Below are positions 33,303 to 46,100 of a DNA stretch of 64,000 bases, in pieces. Each line of letters begins with the position of its first letter. Position 1 is the first letter of the stretch. Source of the DNA: Ranitomeya imitator (taxonomy: Eukaryota); contig NC_091283.1 of the NCBI RefSeq assembly GCF_032444005.1, positions 27,590,001 to 27,654,000 on the forward strand. Reading direction: 5' to 3'. Below the pieces are notes generated by a model. It was not told the DNA's origin. It searched no databases and was given only the letters and a program-made list of their open reading frames with translations. The position numbers were made by a program, and so were the translations under genes.

Positions 33303-36300
33303 ATGGCGGCGCAGTTACAGGAGAAGCTCCAGGCCGAGGTCACCAAATACCAGCAGGTGCAGAAAGGTAAATGGGGGCGACCACGGACGCGTGACGGGGC
33401 GGAGGGGGACGCTGTCATCATGTAACTAATGAGTATAAGGGAACCTCATTATCTTCTGACTTCACCTCCTATAAACACCTGTCTCCATGGTGACAGACTA
33501 CATACAAGCCCTGTGTAGTCGGGGTCCGCAGTCCTGTTACTCCGCTTCTTCTTTCCTCTACTGAATTTAAGCAACAAACTCTCAGATGGAAAGAGAATGG
33601 CGACCATCAGACAACAGAGGAGTGATGCTAGTCTGTAACCATGAGGACACAAACGGTGGGAAATATTTTTATTCAAGATTTTGCGATGTTTGCTTTGTAT
33701 TTTATGTGTTTGTTTGGTCATAGAGGTGAAGAAATCATTTTATCCTGGAAATTACACTCAGATCAGAACCATCCTCTTTCTGCAGATATCAGCAGCAACA
33801 TGTCCGTGCGACAGAAGCTCGAGGTTCAGCTCACCGAGAACAACATCGTGAAAGATGTGAGTGACCTGATGTGACCTGATGCGTCTTCTCCTAGATCGGG
33901 GTCTCTGAGTCTTCAGGGGCCGACTGGGCAGAGATAAAAGTAGAAAGAAGGCTTCACCCCTGCCCCCGCTCCACACAGACGGCAGAAGGCCAGTAATGTA
34001 CGTGCTGTCATCGATGCGCTCGTCTGCACTGGTCACAAGCGCAGGATCCCGCAGCTTCTTTGTCTGATTGCCGGGGATCCTCTAGACCTCAGTAATGGCC
34101 TCGGAGGGATTCCCTGTGCAGACGCCGGGTATACACGCAGCCTGTGACCTCTCTGCACTGTGCGGTGTACAGATCACTGGCGGCGATGATGTAATGGACA
34201 GCAGGAAAAACGTCTAATGTGAGAGAAGAGCTTCATACACCACTATGTGCAGCGATCCGCTGCTTTCCTGCGCTCCGCCACCCCCGCCTCTATTGTACAA
34301 GTAGCTAACTGCACGGCCAGGTGACAAGGAGCGAACAGTAAAGGGGGCACAACACTGACTGTGAACCCCACTGGTACGGACACTCGCCAGTCACAAATAC
34401 GGGAAGGCGTCTTTAATAAATATAGCAAAATGGAAAAAAATAGTGAATTACCGGGGTATTGCAGCATTGTCCCATAGAAGTGAATTTTCATAAAAGGCCC
34501 CCCCCCTATAATGAGCCGATCACTGGAGGGTGTCCTGCTCCAGTCACCCCAAGTGCTCAGCTGTGGAGAAATGTATCAGCAAGTGTTCAGCTTTCTCACA
34601 GCGCCTCCACTGGTGAACTGACGTATTGCACACCTCACTGGATTAATTGTGTTATCCACGTAGTGCAGACTTGATGGGTTCTCTCAGTCGTTACGTGTAG
34701 AATGGTGTCCCTCACTCCTGTTATCTGAGATTTCTTTAGTAAAGTATATGATGGTGGATTTCCTGTGATGGCCGTTGTTAAAGAAAGTTATGTGCCCAAA
34801 TGTCTGCAAGTTTATCACTTTACTGGAGCTGTAAATTGCCAGCAGTGCCTCATCCCAGGCATCACACGGGCCGCCGCCTCCTCCTCCCGGGCAGAACACA
34901 GGCTGCCGCCTCCTCATCCCGGGCAGCACATGGGCCGCCACCTCCTCCCGGGCAGCACACGGGGCACCTCCTCCTCCTGGGCAGCTCACGGGCCGCCGCC
35001 TCCTCCTTCTGGGTAGCACACGGACCTTCTCCTCCTGTGCAGCACACGGGCTGCCGCCTCCTCCTCCTGGGCAGCACACGGGCTGCTGCTACCCCCTCCT
35101 CCTGGCAGCACACGGGACCGCCTCCTCCTCCTGCACTTAGGGTTTATCTCTGCCTATAACTTGTTTCATGTGGCACATGGACATCTGGCGGACGCAGGGC
35201 ACTTCCATGTTTAGTTATTCCCACTGCTGGTTTCCTGCTTTTTCTTCCTGTGATCCGGGATTTCCTCTGTGGACGGCGAGCAGCGCCACAATGACAGATT
35301 TTCTGTGTGGCATTTTAAAGTGATAGGAGACCTATTAAGTCATTTTTCGCGCTCGTTGTTATAGCGGGTACGGGGCGCAGTGTTGATATTTATCCAGAAT
35401 CGCCCCAGGAGCCATCAGGTATCGCCGCTTCGCCCCATTCACTTGAGTAAATGGCAGACACAGGACCGGGACGCAGCGTCTGACGGGCGATAACAGGAAG
35501 CTTTTTTGTTTGTAGAATTCAGTGATCTGATGTGTATGAGCTGCTGGTTCTCTTCCCACAAATGTCAGGTAAAAGAAGTTGTGGAATTTCAATATGTCGG
35601 ATGATGGACACCAGAGGTGACTGCTGGCGGACTGTTCCATTCTTGCGGTTGAGGACACATTCACACCCAACCAGTACGAGTGTGCCTGTGTTTCAGGGTT
35701 GGTTGTCAGATTAGAGTGGAGCGAATTTCTTCAGGTCCACGCTTATTCGGTAAGGGTTATATCTTGCCGAATAAGCGGGAACCCAAAGAAACTCGCTCAA
35801 CTGTATGTCAAATATCTGCCATATAATCATTCCATTTATTTTTTTTTACATTTTACAAAATCCCAATGTTTGTTTTGGTAATTGAGCTTGTACAAACCAG
35901 ATTATATTATTCCTCCTTGTCCAGACTTCTGTTGTGACCAGAATTATTCATTTTCCGCATTGTTTTACTATGGGGGGGGTGAGGATGTTATATAATTCTT
36001 GTATTTTATACAATTACATTATATTTTTAGGAGCTGGCGCTGCTGGATGACAGCAACACGGTGTATAAGCTCGTCGGGCCGGTGCTGGTGAAACAAGACC
36101 TGGAGGAGGCCAAGTCCACGGTTGACAAGAGACTGCAGTATATAAATGGCGAGATGTGAGTAGATCTGTATGTACCAGTCAGCTGGCAGTATAGTGTGGT
36201 GCTCCTTTCTCGGTTTAGCTCCTTTATCCTCGATGGGGACAGACATTGAATACGGTCAGAATTTGCTGATCCATCTGTATCGAGTTCTGACTGTCATTCA

Positions 36301-36572
36301 GCAGATTTCACCTTCTATAGTTCGGGATTTCTCTGGTTGGTGAAGTCCCTTTTCTATCAGTGGCACATATTCTCCCGTCATCCGCAGCCTTCTCTCTCAC
36401 TGTCCTGTAAGTGTATTCATCATCGTTTTTCCTTCTTCTTTCTTTTCACAGTAAGAGATTTGAAACTCTGCTGAAAGACCTGGAGCAGCGATCAGAAGAA
36501 CAACGGACGTCTCTGACGAAGCTGCAGCAGGAATACCAGCGGGCGCAGGGAAAGGGGGCAGTGAAGGCCTGA
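33303..36572 (+). CDS. PFDN6: Prefoldin subunit 6, 126 aa
   Basis: join(33303..33366, 33786..33856, 36031..36155, 36452..36572) gives MAAQLQEKLQAEVTKYQQVQKD...QKLEVQLTENNIVKDELALLDDSNTVYKLVGPVLVKQDLEEAKSTVDKRLQYINGEIKR...KA*. All introns are GT-AG and phases are consistent. Confidence 0.96.
34860..35135. repeat. Degenerate GC-rich tandem repeat (CAGCACACGGGCCGCCGCCTCCTCCT...)
   Basis: About 8 imperfect units in a PFDN6 intron. Confidence 0.8.
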
Positions 36573-37150
36573 GAGCCGCTCTTCCTTTATCATTATTTAT
36601 AGACTGGAGGGACGGGGCCTGTAATGTTCCCTTGGTCTTATAGGCTCACACTTTATTTTATGTCTTATCACCGGGGGAGGGGAACGCTGTTGTATTGTGC
36701 AGATGACTTATTAAACCGTCACATATTGTGTGCTGGCTACTGAATGTTTTGAAGCTATAAACACTAACCATGCAGGGCTAGTAGAGCATGCTGAGACTTG
36801 TAGTTTCAAACTTTTGTTTTTTTTTTAAATATATCAGATAAAACATAACAGAGAAATACAAACAGATCCAGCCTCATAGTAACAGTACATAGTGTTTCAT
36901 GATAGTGTATGGAGGGTTGAGCAGCACTTTACATGCAGAGCGGTGTCACCACCTGACTGTAGTTTGCTCCAGTTCTCGCAGCGTCGTTTCTCGTCAGCCA
37001 AAAGAAAGTTATTGGTGTTGCAACATCGGAATGAAACCACGTGCAATTGTGGCTAGAGGAGGAGGCTACACGGCCTCCTCAAATAACATACCAGTAGCCC
37101 CCACTGGGATAGGAAATGTCCTTATGTAGCGTCAGTCCTACAAGTAGATA

Positions 37151-40100
37151 CTAGAAGAGGGACTTGGCAAAGTCTCCAGCTTTGGCCTTGATTTTGGGAT
37201 AGGTGGCATGGACTTGTGCCTTCAGATGGTGTCGCGTTTCAGGTTGAGGGGCCGCGGCGGGAAGATGTGGACGGACCAGGAAATCCAAGCTGGCAGCACT
37301 CATGGCGTAGAAGACATTGGCGGTCCCTGGGATGAGCAGCTCTGTAGGATCAGATATTACCTTGGTTAGTGAAGACAAACAAGTACAACATATTTCTCCA
37401 CAATTATGTTAACACATAAGACCTCAGGACAATGTCTCCTTACATAGCAACATACCCCACACCCATGCTGAGAAGAGGGGTCTGCGACCCCCAATCTTGT
37501 CTGATGTGGCAGCCATGCTCCTCTTTCTAGTCTCTATAGTTGGTGCCTTCACATCAGAGCAGTCTTTCTTCTTATAGCAGGGGTGTCAAACTGCATTCCT
37601 CGAGGGCCGCAAACCATGCGTGTTTTCAAGATTTCCTTAGCATTGCACAAGGTGCTGCAATCATCATGTGTGTAGGTGATTAAATTATCACCTGTGCAGT
37701 ACAAGGAAATCCTGAAAACATGACCTGGTTGCAGCCCTCGAGGAATGCAGTTTGACACCCCTGTCTTATAGAATATACACATCTTGTAAAATATGGCCAT
37801 ATTATATGTTATAGCGCTGAGTGTGATGTCACCAGCTGGTTAGGGCCAGGATACAGCTCTATATCAGCATCAGATGTGTAGGATCTCACCTTTATTCCCC
37901 GGCAACAGCTGAACAAGTTCCTGTGGCCCCTGGAGGATCCCATGATGTTTCCGGATGATCCGGTCAATCACGGTGGGAGCTTTCTCCTGACTGCTGATCT
38001 GAAACTCAAAATCAAATCGATTATAGCTAATGCTGTAAAAAAAAAAAAATACTGTGGCCTTCCGGGAGACCCGGTGGCCGCTGTGACATGCTATGAGACC
38101 TGGCGGCCACTGTGGCGTGTTATGAGACCCGGCGCCCCCTGTACATGTTGGTATTATAGAAGCCCCTGCACCTAGTCAGAGTCTCCTCACCCGCACGCTC
38201 TTGTACACGCTGTTCTCCGCCGCCGGCTCCACGCGTGCTCGGATGATGCGGAAATCTGCAGTGGAGTCAGGGAATTTTCCTTGCTCAGTGATGCTCTCAG
38301 AAGACGCGCCGTGCTGCACCCCAATATTTAAAGGACTGCCACACGATGCAGAGCGTCTGTGTGTCCGCACCGTGACCGCCGGGGTCAGGAAGCCTTGGTG
38401 CGCTGGTTTTGGAGAGCTTTGTGTGTCCAGTGCTGGCACTGAAGGGCTCTTCTGCTGCTATGAGTGGATAGATAATGGACATAGGCCTTTATGAATAACT
38501 TTGTAATACAAGTGTCAAAACTCCCATCCCACAATATGTTATTAATCCCAAAGGAAAATGGTGGAAAGTGTCCATACCGCACTGAGGCCTGGTGTCATCA
38601 GCCGCTCACAGGGTGTATCCCAGGACACCAAGTGCATGCCGGGGCCAAAAGGTGCAGCAATGGAGGCCAGAAGCCTGATAGAGAGAAGCAGACAGTGGTC
38701 AGCGTAATGTGAGCGTCAACAGTGGAGTGAATTTGCTGGATTTCTGCTCACTCAGTGCAGTGTGTGATGATCACCGTCGGCTTCACCATGTTGGGCGGTG
38801 TTGTAACAGTTGGATCTTGATTCGACTCAATGTCACATGAGAGTCGGTAACTGGAAAAGACGACACGATAAATGCCCAGTAATCAGACATCTACCCCCAG
38901 GTGTAATGTGTAGGGTCACAATCCGCAGAACACGCCTGCTGTTTTCAGGCTTGTGACTATGCTGTCAGGCTATGAAATACTATATTTTGGTTCTCTGCCC
39001 TCAATATTCCTTTTATTATTTACCTCTCCTCCTCGCTGGTCAAACGCAGTTTCTGGAACCAGCCAGCGAAGTGCGGATCTGGAGTGAAGCGATATCCCAG
39101 GCAGACAGTCTGCAGAATACGGATCTGAGAAAGCGACTCAAACTCCTGTAGATCAAGCAAAACAAAATAAGCAGAAACAAGTCATTGAGAATTGCTCATT
39201 AGTGGAGGACTCCGGGTCCAAAGAGGGCCAAGTCTTATAAAATGGGCATAAACTGGCGCAATCTATGTGAACCAGTGTGGATTGTTTATTGTCCTATAGT
39301 TGCTGTGAAGGATGACTCCGGAGAGATCACACAGAATTACACCGCTGCTACCCCCTGTGATGAACCTGCACCTCGCCACCCGCCTGGCTCAATTTCGTAC
39401 AGTTTTACAGACACCCCTTGTCCCCACAGGGAGTGAGAGGATGTGGCCCACGCAGTCAGTGACGTGGCACCACACTCGCTCACAACCCTGACAGACCCTT
39501 TTCACTAGCCCCAGTGAAACAGAGCACTGCCATCCTGGTAGGACTGCCACCAGTCCCTCGTTAGATATAATCCTGTTAATGGATCAGGCTTATATTGGAC
39601 CAGAAACCAGTCCCGGTAGCATGGGAAGTTAAACCAAGATATAGACGTGTGGATTCATGGATCAGGATAAAAGAGCTTCCCAAAGGTTAAAGTATATGTT
39701 TAATCGCTTTAAAGGCACACTAGGCAAACTATATGCACAATGGTTACAAATATATAATAGTCAGATATGCAAATACAGATAGTGGTAGGTCAAAAGATAT
39801 AAACAGTATAAATGTCAGTTACCGAGTAATGTTAGATTATGGGTGCGCTGGGCCACGGGGGCATGGGCTGCCAGCTGGCTCCTAGGTCCTTTACTAGATG
39901 TGGCCCCTCACTTCTGAAGTGAACCACATGCATCACAGAAAGAGGGATCATATGGCCATACACTAGCCTTTATCCCCTAGAACGGGTCAAGACCCAGCCG
40001 GTGGCTTGCCATGTTCTGGGGATCTCAGTAATATAACCGGTGTGTGGCCAGAACATAGGGCAAGTCCATATTCTCCTTATAAAAACATAGCTGACTCAAC

Positions 40101-43100
40101 AAAGCAGTTTAGACCAGATGGTTTGGATGCACATGGCAAGCAAGCCTTTCGTTCTGCTCCGAGCTGACTCAAGGTGTGAGATCTATCACTCAGCCTTTGA
40201 AGCTTGACCCCACTTGCTGAGCTAGCTGCACACCGAAGGAGGTTTTATAATCCCATGTCAGATAGGATACAAACGATTTGCATGAAATTATATCTCCAAT
40301 ATTCTTCACCGTTGCTCAGATAAGAAGGTGAAATCTAATCATCCATCACAGGCCGCACTTCTGCTCTACAATCTGCTCATTTTTCTTCTTGTTGTAAATC
40401 TGACTCCTTTGTTTTTATACAAACCCATCAGCGATCGAGAGCAGCAGCCAATACTCTGCACCAGTACAATAATGTGATCACCAGCAGCAGGAAAGCCACG
40501 CAGCCGTATCACCGTCATCACCAAAATTAGGACCTTTATGCCAAGCTGAAAACCCCCATAGGACATGTGTCAGTTTAGCTGATGGCCCCTTTAATGCTAT
40601 GTAGATGTCTCCACATAGAAGAGTTTGCACTCACCTTCCTGCGTTTCTCAAAGTTCAGGTATCCATTCTGAAATCGACAAATAGGATTACAATTTATGAT
40701 TTTCTATCGTCAACCATGAGCCCCTCAGGGTCCAAGAAACCACAAACAACGACCATAATGCCTGATCACACAATATGAGACATATGGCGGTTCAATAAAG
40801 AAGACGCACCTCCAGCTGGTCCCGGATGGCGGAGTCTAGCATAACTAGGTCAGTGAGGAAGACGCCCAGGTACGGAATGACCCCCTGTGCAGAGGAAAAC
40901 AAGAAAAGTCACGTTTAAAAAGTCACAAAATGTTGGCGCAAAACGAGGGCATGCTAAAATGTTGCAACTTTTGGTATTCTCGTGCCATTTTCGCCCTGCT
41001 CTGACGAACTTGGCAGACCTGGGGCATGATGAGCGGCAGCGCTCCTTACTGGAATAAGATTTGTGGCGCGGCACATGCTAGTGTTCAGACACGCAGGATT
41101 CACACAGGCCTCTTAACGAATCGGGAGCGTCTGACTCCAGTGCGCCTCCTGATCAGGATTGGCGTAAACTAAACTGGTCTTGATTAGTGATGAGCGAATA
41201 TACTCATTACTCGAGATTTCCCGAGCACGCTCCGGTGGTCTCCCGAGTGTTTTTTAGTGATCGGAGATTTAGTTTTCATCGCCGCAGCTGAATGATTTAC
41301 ATCTGTTAGCCAGCATAAGTACATGTGGGGGTTGCCTGGTTGCTAGGGAATCCCCACATGTAATCAAGATGGCTAACAGATGTACTATAAATCATTCAGC
41401 TGAGGTGAGGAAAACTAAATCTCTGAGCACTAAAAAATACTCGGAAGTCACCCTAGCGTGCTCGGGAAATCTCGAGTAACGAGTATATTGGCTCATCACT
41501 AGTCTTCATTAATCGGGCATTATGTGTTCACTGTATGGCACGATTATGCAGACCCCATAAATAGGGTTTATTTGTGAGGATCAGGGGTTGCCATATTTTT
41601 ATTTTCGCTATTGTCGATTGTGGCGACATATACATCTATAATGTGACTGTACACCGGCCATATACAGAGATCTCACACCCACAGTCAGCACTTCCTCTTC
41701 TACCCACAGAAGTCTGAGAAAAAGGGAAGGATCACATAGTGATGAGAACATTTCCAGAAACCTCACGCCATGTTGAGTCAGTAACTGCTCACGGCACCGT
41801 GACGTCTAGGATGGCGTATGGTCTCCCATCCCCACAGTACTGATGTAATGAGGCTTACCGTGGCCCGTGGGTCTCTGGAGCGCGGGGAGTGTTTTTTGGT
41901 GGTTACATCAGACGTTTCCTGAGACTGAACAGAAGGCTGTGTTATATGAGGAGCTATTCCGGCCGAGGACACATGGACCGGAGGCGATGGCTCACCTGGA
42001 AGAGCAGCTCCCTCATCCGGGCGTAATTGTCCTTCTCAGAAAACACCTCGCTCATCTCCTGGTAACTGCGCTGGATTTCCCTGAGTGACATCACAACACA
42101 ATATATCTTCATTTCTCAAGTCTACAACAATGGCGGCATGCAGAACAAAAGGATTTAGATGGGCGGCCTCACCTGGAGGTCTCGGCCCACACTCTCTTCA
42201 GCCGGTGCACAGACGTACTCTGCAGGGCCGAGAGGATGGCATAGACCGAGGAGAAGTTCCGGAGGTTCCAGCATTCCTGAAATTAAAAAAAAAAAAAGTT
42301 ACAGGAAATATCCACATAAAAAATATTCAAACGCTCACGTCGGCTGTCTGTGCTCTCAGGCAGTCAATAAATTCCAATATGAAGGGGTAATAATGCGTTA
42401 TATGGGGTCCGGACTCCATCATCCCACAGACTTACATTACTACAACCTATGGCACGACATTGTGAGAAACGTCCAGGGCTGTAGAATTATTTGGGTTGCC
42501 TTCAAACTCACAAGTGAGTTTTATAAACAAGTCTATGACCTTCCGATAGTCCGGAATATTTGATCATTCCGAACCCACCACTTCTGCCACATATTAGGGA
42601 GATTTCCGCTCACCTCAGCCACTCTCACCCACTTCTCAATCACCCGCGCCCGCTGCTGAGGCTTCAGCTGAGGGTCTTGAACACATGAAGATGTCACAGC
42701 CCCCGACAGGCGGTTAAAGTGGCGGACGGTCTCTCTGACAGAGTGGCATCGGTCACAGTGGTCTCCTCCCCTGTCTCTTCGAGACCACACAGACCCCAGG
42801 CACTCGTGTGGGACGACTCTTAGGAAGAGAGACTGCAAGAAAAAAAATTAAATAAGACGAGATCTGGAGTGAATCTTATAATAACTAAATGTCAATTCTC
42901 CTATAGCAGCGATATCCATTTATTCCAGTAATCCAGAAACTCTGATCATAGGAGCAGAATGGAAAGACCTGGAATTTCTCAGGATCACGGAGAATTAGAA
43001 ATAAATAAAAGGCAGAATTTCTGATAACATTCTCAAGATTCCTATGTTTATTTGTTCTAATCACATCTGATCGTCCAGAGTAATCAATCATTTTCCATGT

Positions 43101-46100
43101 CTCAGGTCATAAAGAAGCCGGAGTAAGAGAATATTTCCATCCTTTGATGCTAACCAAAAACTGTGCCACATTGTGGTTCCCCCCATAATCAGATCATTGG
43201 GTCCCCCCATGCTGTTGTAACCCGATAGGGATAAGGTTGTCGTAACTTTGCATTACCCCAAGAATTGTCACAGCCTCGACCTAAAGACGCCATCTTGTAC
43301 TCATGGAATTTTACAGTATAGATCTTTAAAAAAATAAAAAATAAAAAAAAAAGAGTAGAGAGAAGTCCTCACCGCCTCCAGGCAGGTCAGCTGCTCGGCC
43401 ACATATACGGCCTGGAACGTCAGGACATCCAAGGGATCGTAGTGGTCGTCCTCTTCCAACGAGGCACCGGCTGCTGTCACCGGCCGCTCCCTGACAGTCA
43501 CCTCCTGTAGTTTTGTGACCAAATTTACCTTCTTCAGGTTTACAAAACAGCGAGACAGTTCTTCCCTCAGGTCCTGGTCCAGTAATATAAAGTCATCAGG
43601 ATACTGAGACATCCAGCCACAGAAGAGACCGCTGACACTGAGGACAGAGACAGAGGACATGGCACAAGATGGCGACTGCTGGACATAATGCACTGTACCC
43701 TACCACTGAGAAGACGGGCGCTGTGTACGGGGGTGCAGAGACAATGATGTCCTCTACCATGGAGAAGAGGGGCGCTGTATATGGGGGGGGCAGAAACAAT
43801 GATCTCCCCTACTACTGAGAAGAGGGGGACTGTATACGGGGGTGCAGACATAATGATGTCCCCCATCACTGAAAAGATGGGTGCTATATAGGGGGTTGCA
43901 GAGGCAATGATTCCCCCTACTACTGAGAAGAGGGGCGCTGTATACAGGGGTGCGGTGCAGAGACAATGATCTCCCCTACTACTGAGAAGAGGGGCGCTGT
44001 ATACAGGGGTGCAGAGGCAATGATTCCCCCTACTACTGAGAAGAGGGGCGCTGTATACAGGGGTGCGGTGCAGAGACAATGATCTCCCCTACTACTGAGA
44101 AGAGGGGCGCTGTATACAGGGGTGCAGACATAATGATGTCCCCCATCACTGAGAAGAGGGGCACTGTATACAGGGGTGCAGACATAATGATGTCCCCCAT
44201 CACTGAGAAGAGGGGCGCTGTATACGGGGGTGCAGAGACAATGATCTCCCCTACTACTGAGAAGAGGGGCGCTGTATACGGGGGTGCAGAGACAATGATT
44301 TATCAGGGTATATTTTGTCTTCATGGAGACCCCGTGTGGATTCAGATCACCACCTACATCCTTCCTGGCTCTGTGTTTACACCTCAATGTATTTGGTGAC
44401 TTGAATCCATACAGTCTCCATGACAACCCTGGGCCACATGGAAACCAGGGCCTGTTGTCAGAGTCTCTCATTGGCGCAGCCTCAGGCTTTGGGCCTGTAA
44501 CTTCAAGTAATTGTATCTCAGGGCAGAAATAAGACATTGAATACCGATTTTCACAATTATAATGTGCAGTACAGGGTCTTTTCTTCATGTTGTTTCAATT
44601 CAAAAACGCACAAAATTCGAATAAAAAAACGTGTCAAATCTGCACCTGTGTTTTCTGCCAGGAGATGCGGATTTTGTGCAGAAAGTTCTGCACCCCAATC
44701 CGCAACGTGTGCACATAGCCTTAAAGGGCATTTAAACTCATACGCGTTACAACGGTCGTGCCGCCTTAGTCATTGTGATTTTAAATGCACTTTAAGCCTG
44801 TGACCGTCACTGGTAGGAATCACCCGTTTTTGTGTCTCTGGATATAAAGATGGATTTTGGACATGTGCTTTTAATGAAAATGGAATAAAAGGTATTTTTT
44901 ATGGATGTCACTCACACTGGACTTCTGCTTCACCTAGCCTGATAACAGATGCAGAAAATCTACAACATCAAACCTCCCCAAATATTCATTGGGAATGTAT
45001 CCTCAGGGCCCGGGCTGACCCCACCAGTGAATGCCTGTGCACACCTTGCGGTTTTTTCGTTTTCTGTGCACTTTTGTCACAAAACTTGTAAGGATTTCCT
45101 AGTAGCAGCAAAGTGAATGAGATCCCTGAAGTCTCCTGTGTCTTTGATTATTTTTCCTTGCAGATCTGCCGCGCGTCAATTATTTCAGAGCTTTTTCTGC
45201 AGATTACACTCATGTTTGAGTGGTGAAAATGCATCAAAAACTCACGTATTTTATGCTGCCGACACGTCAGTATTTGTAACAGATTTTTCTGCTGGAAACA
45301 CTGAACATGTGAACATAAATGATAAAATATCCACCTGATTATAGAAAAATCAGACTAAAAAGCACTGGAATCCAAAAGTATAATAACGGCCTGTAAGTAA
45401 AAGCTACCGTGCGTGGACACATATGTACTACTCACTCATCATCCTTTCCTCCATAGGAGTTGCTAGTTGCTTGAGTGTAATCATCGTCCTCCAACCTGCA
45501 ACCACCGGACACAATTATTCACAGCGTAGAAGGGGCCGCAGAGGGGCCGGAGCAATATGTGAAGGGAAGGAATAAAATAAGCCATGAAATGGAGTTGTGA
45601 TCTACAGCATCATGTCGGGTAATGTTCCCACCTGTCCAGCAGCGTTCTCAGCACTTTGCGAGTGTTGGTGAAGGTGCGATACGTGGCCAGGAAGGCCGGG
45701 ATGTAGGTGATGTCCCCCAGAATCCGGGCGTCAAGCAGATGGAGGACAAGTCTGGGGAGAGTGCCGGCACGAAGAGCTAACACTCTGACGGGAGTCTGGG
45801 GAGAGAAGCAGACAGGCGATAACTCCCCATATAATGATGAATCACCGAGTGTCAGCGACACCTTATACTTTGCCATAAGGCGGCGCAGGACAGAAATAGC
45901 CATGTACCTAGAACAACAAGGTGTCCTGTTCTGGGCGCCGCCGCTGACAGGTACCAGGACATTATATAAGATAGAAGCCGGGGCCAAAACTACAGCAATC
46001 ACCGGCATCTGGGAAGGAGGCGATGAGACAGTCCTGTCCACAGCACAGACAATGCTCTCTGAGCCCATGAGTAATTACCTGCACACAGAGCGCTGGTAGT

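Noticed and set aside
43920-44588. 222-aa minus ORF in an RGL2 intron
   Set aside because: Largely minisatellite. The RGL2 exons flanking it join in phase without it.
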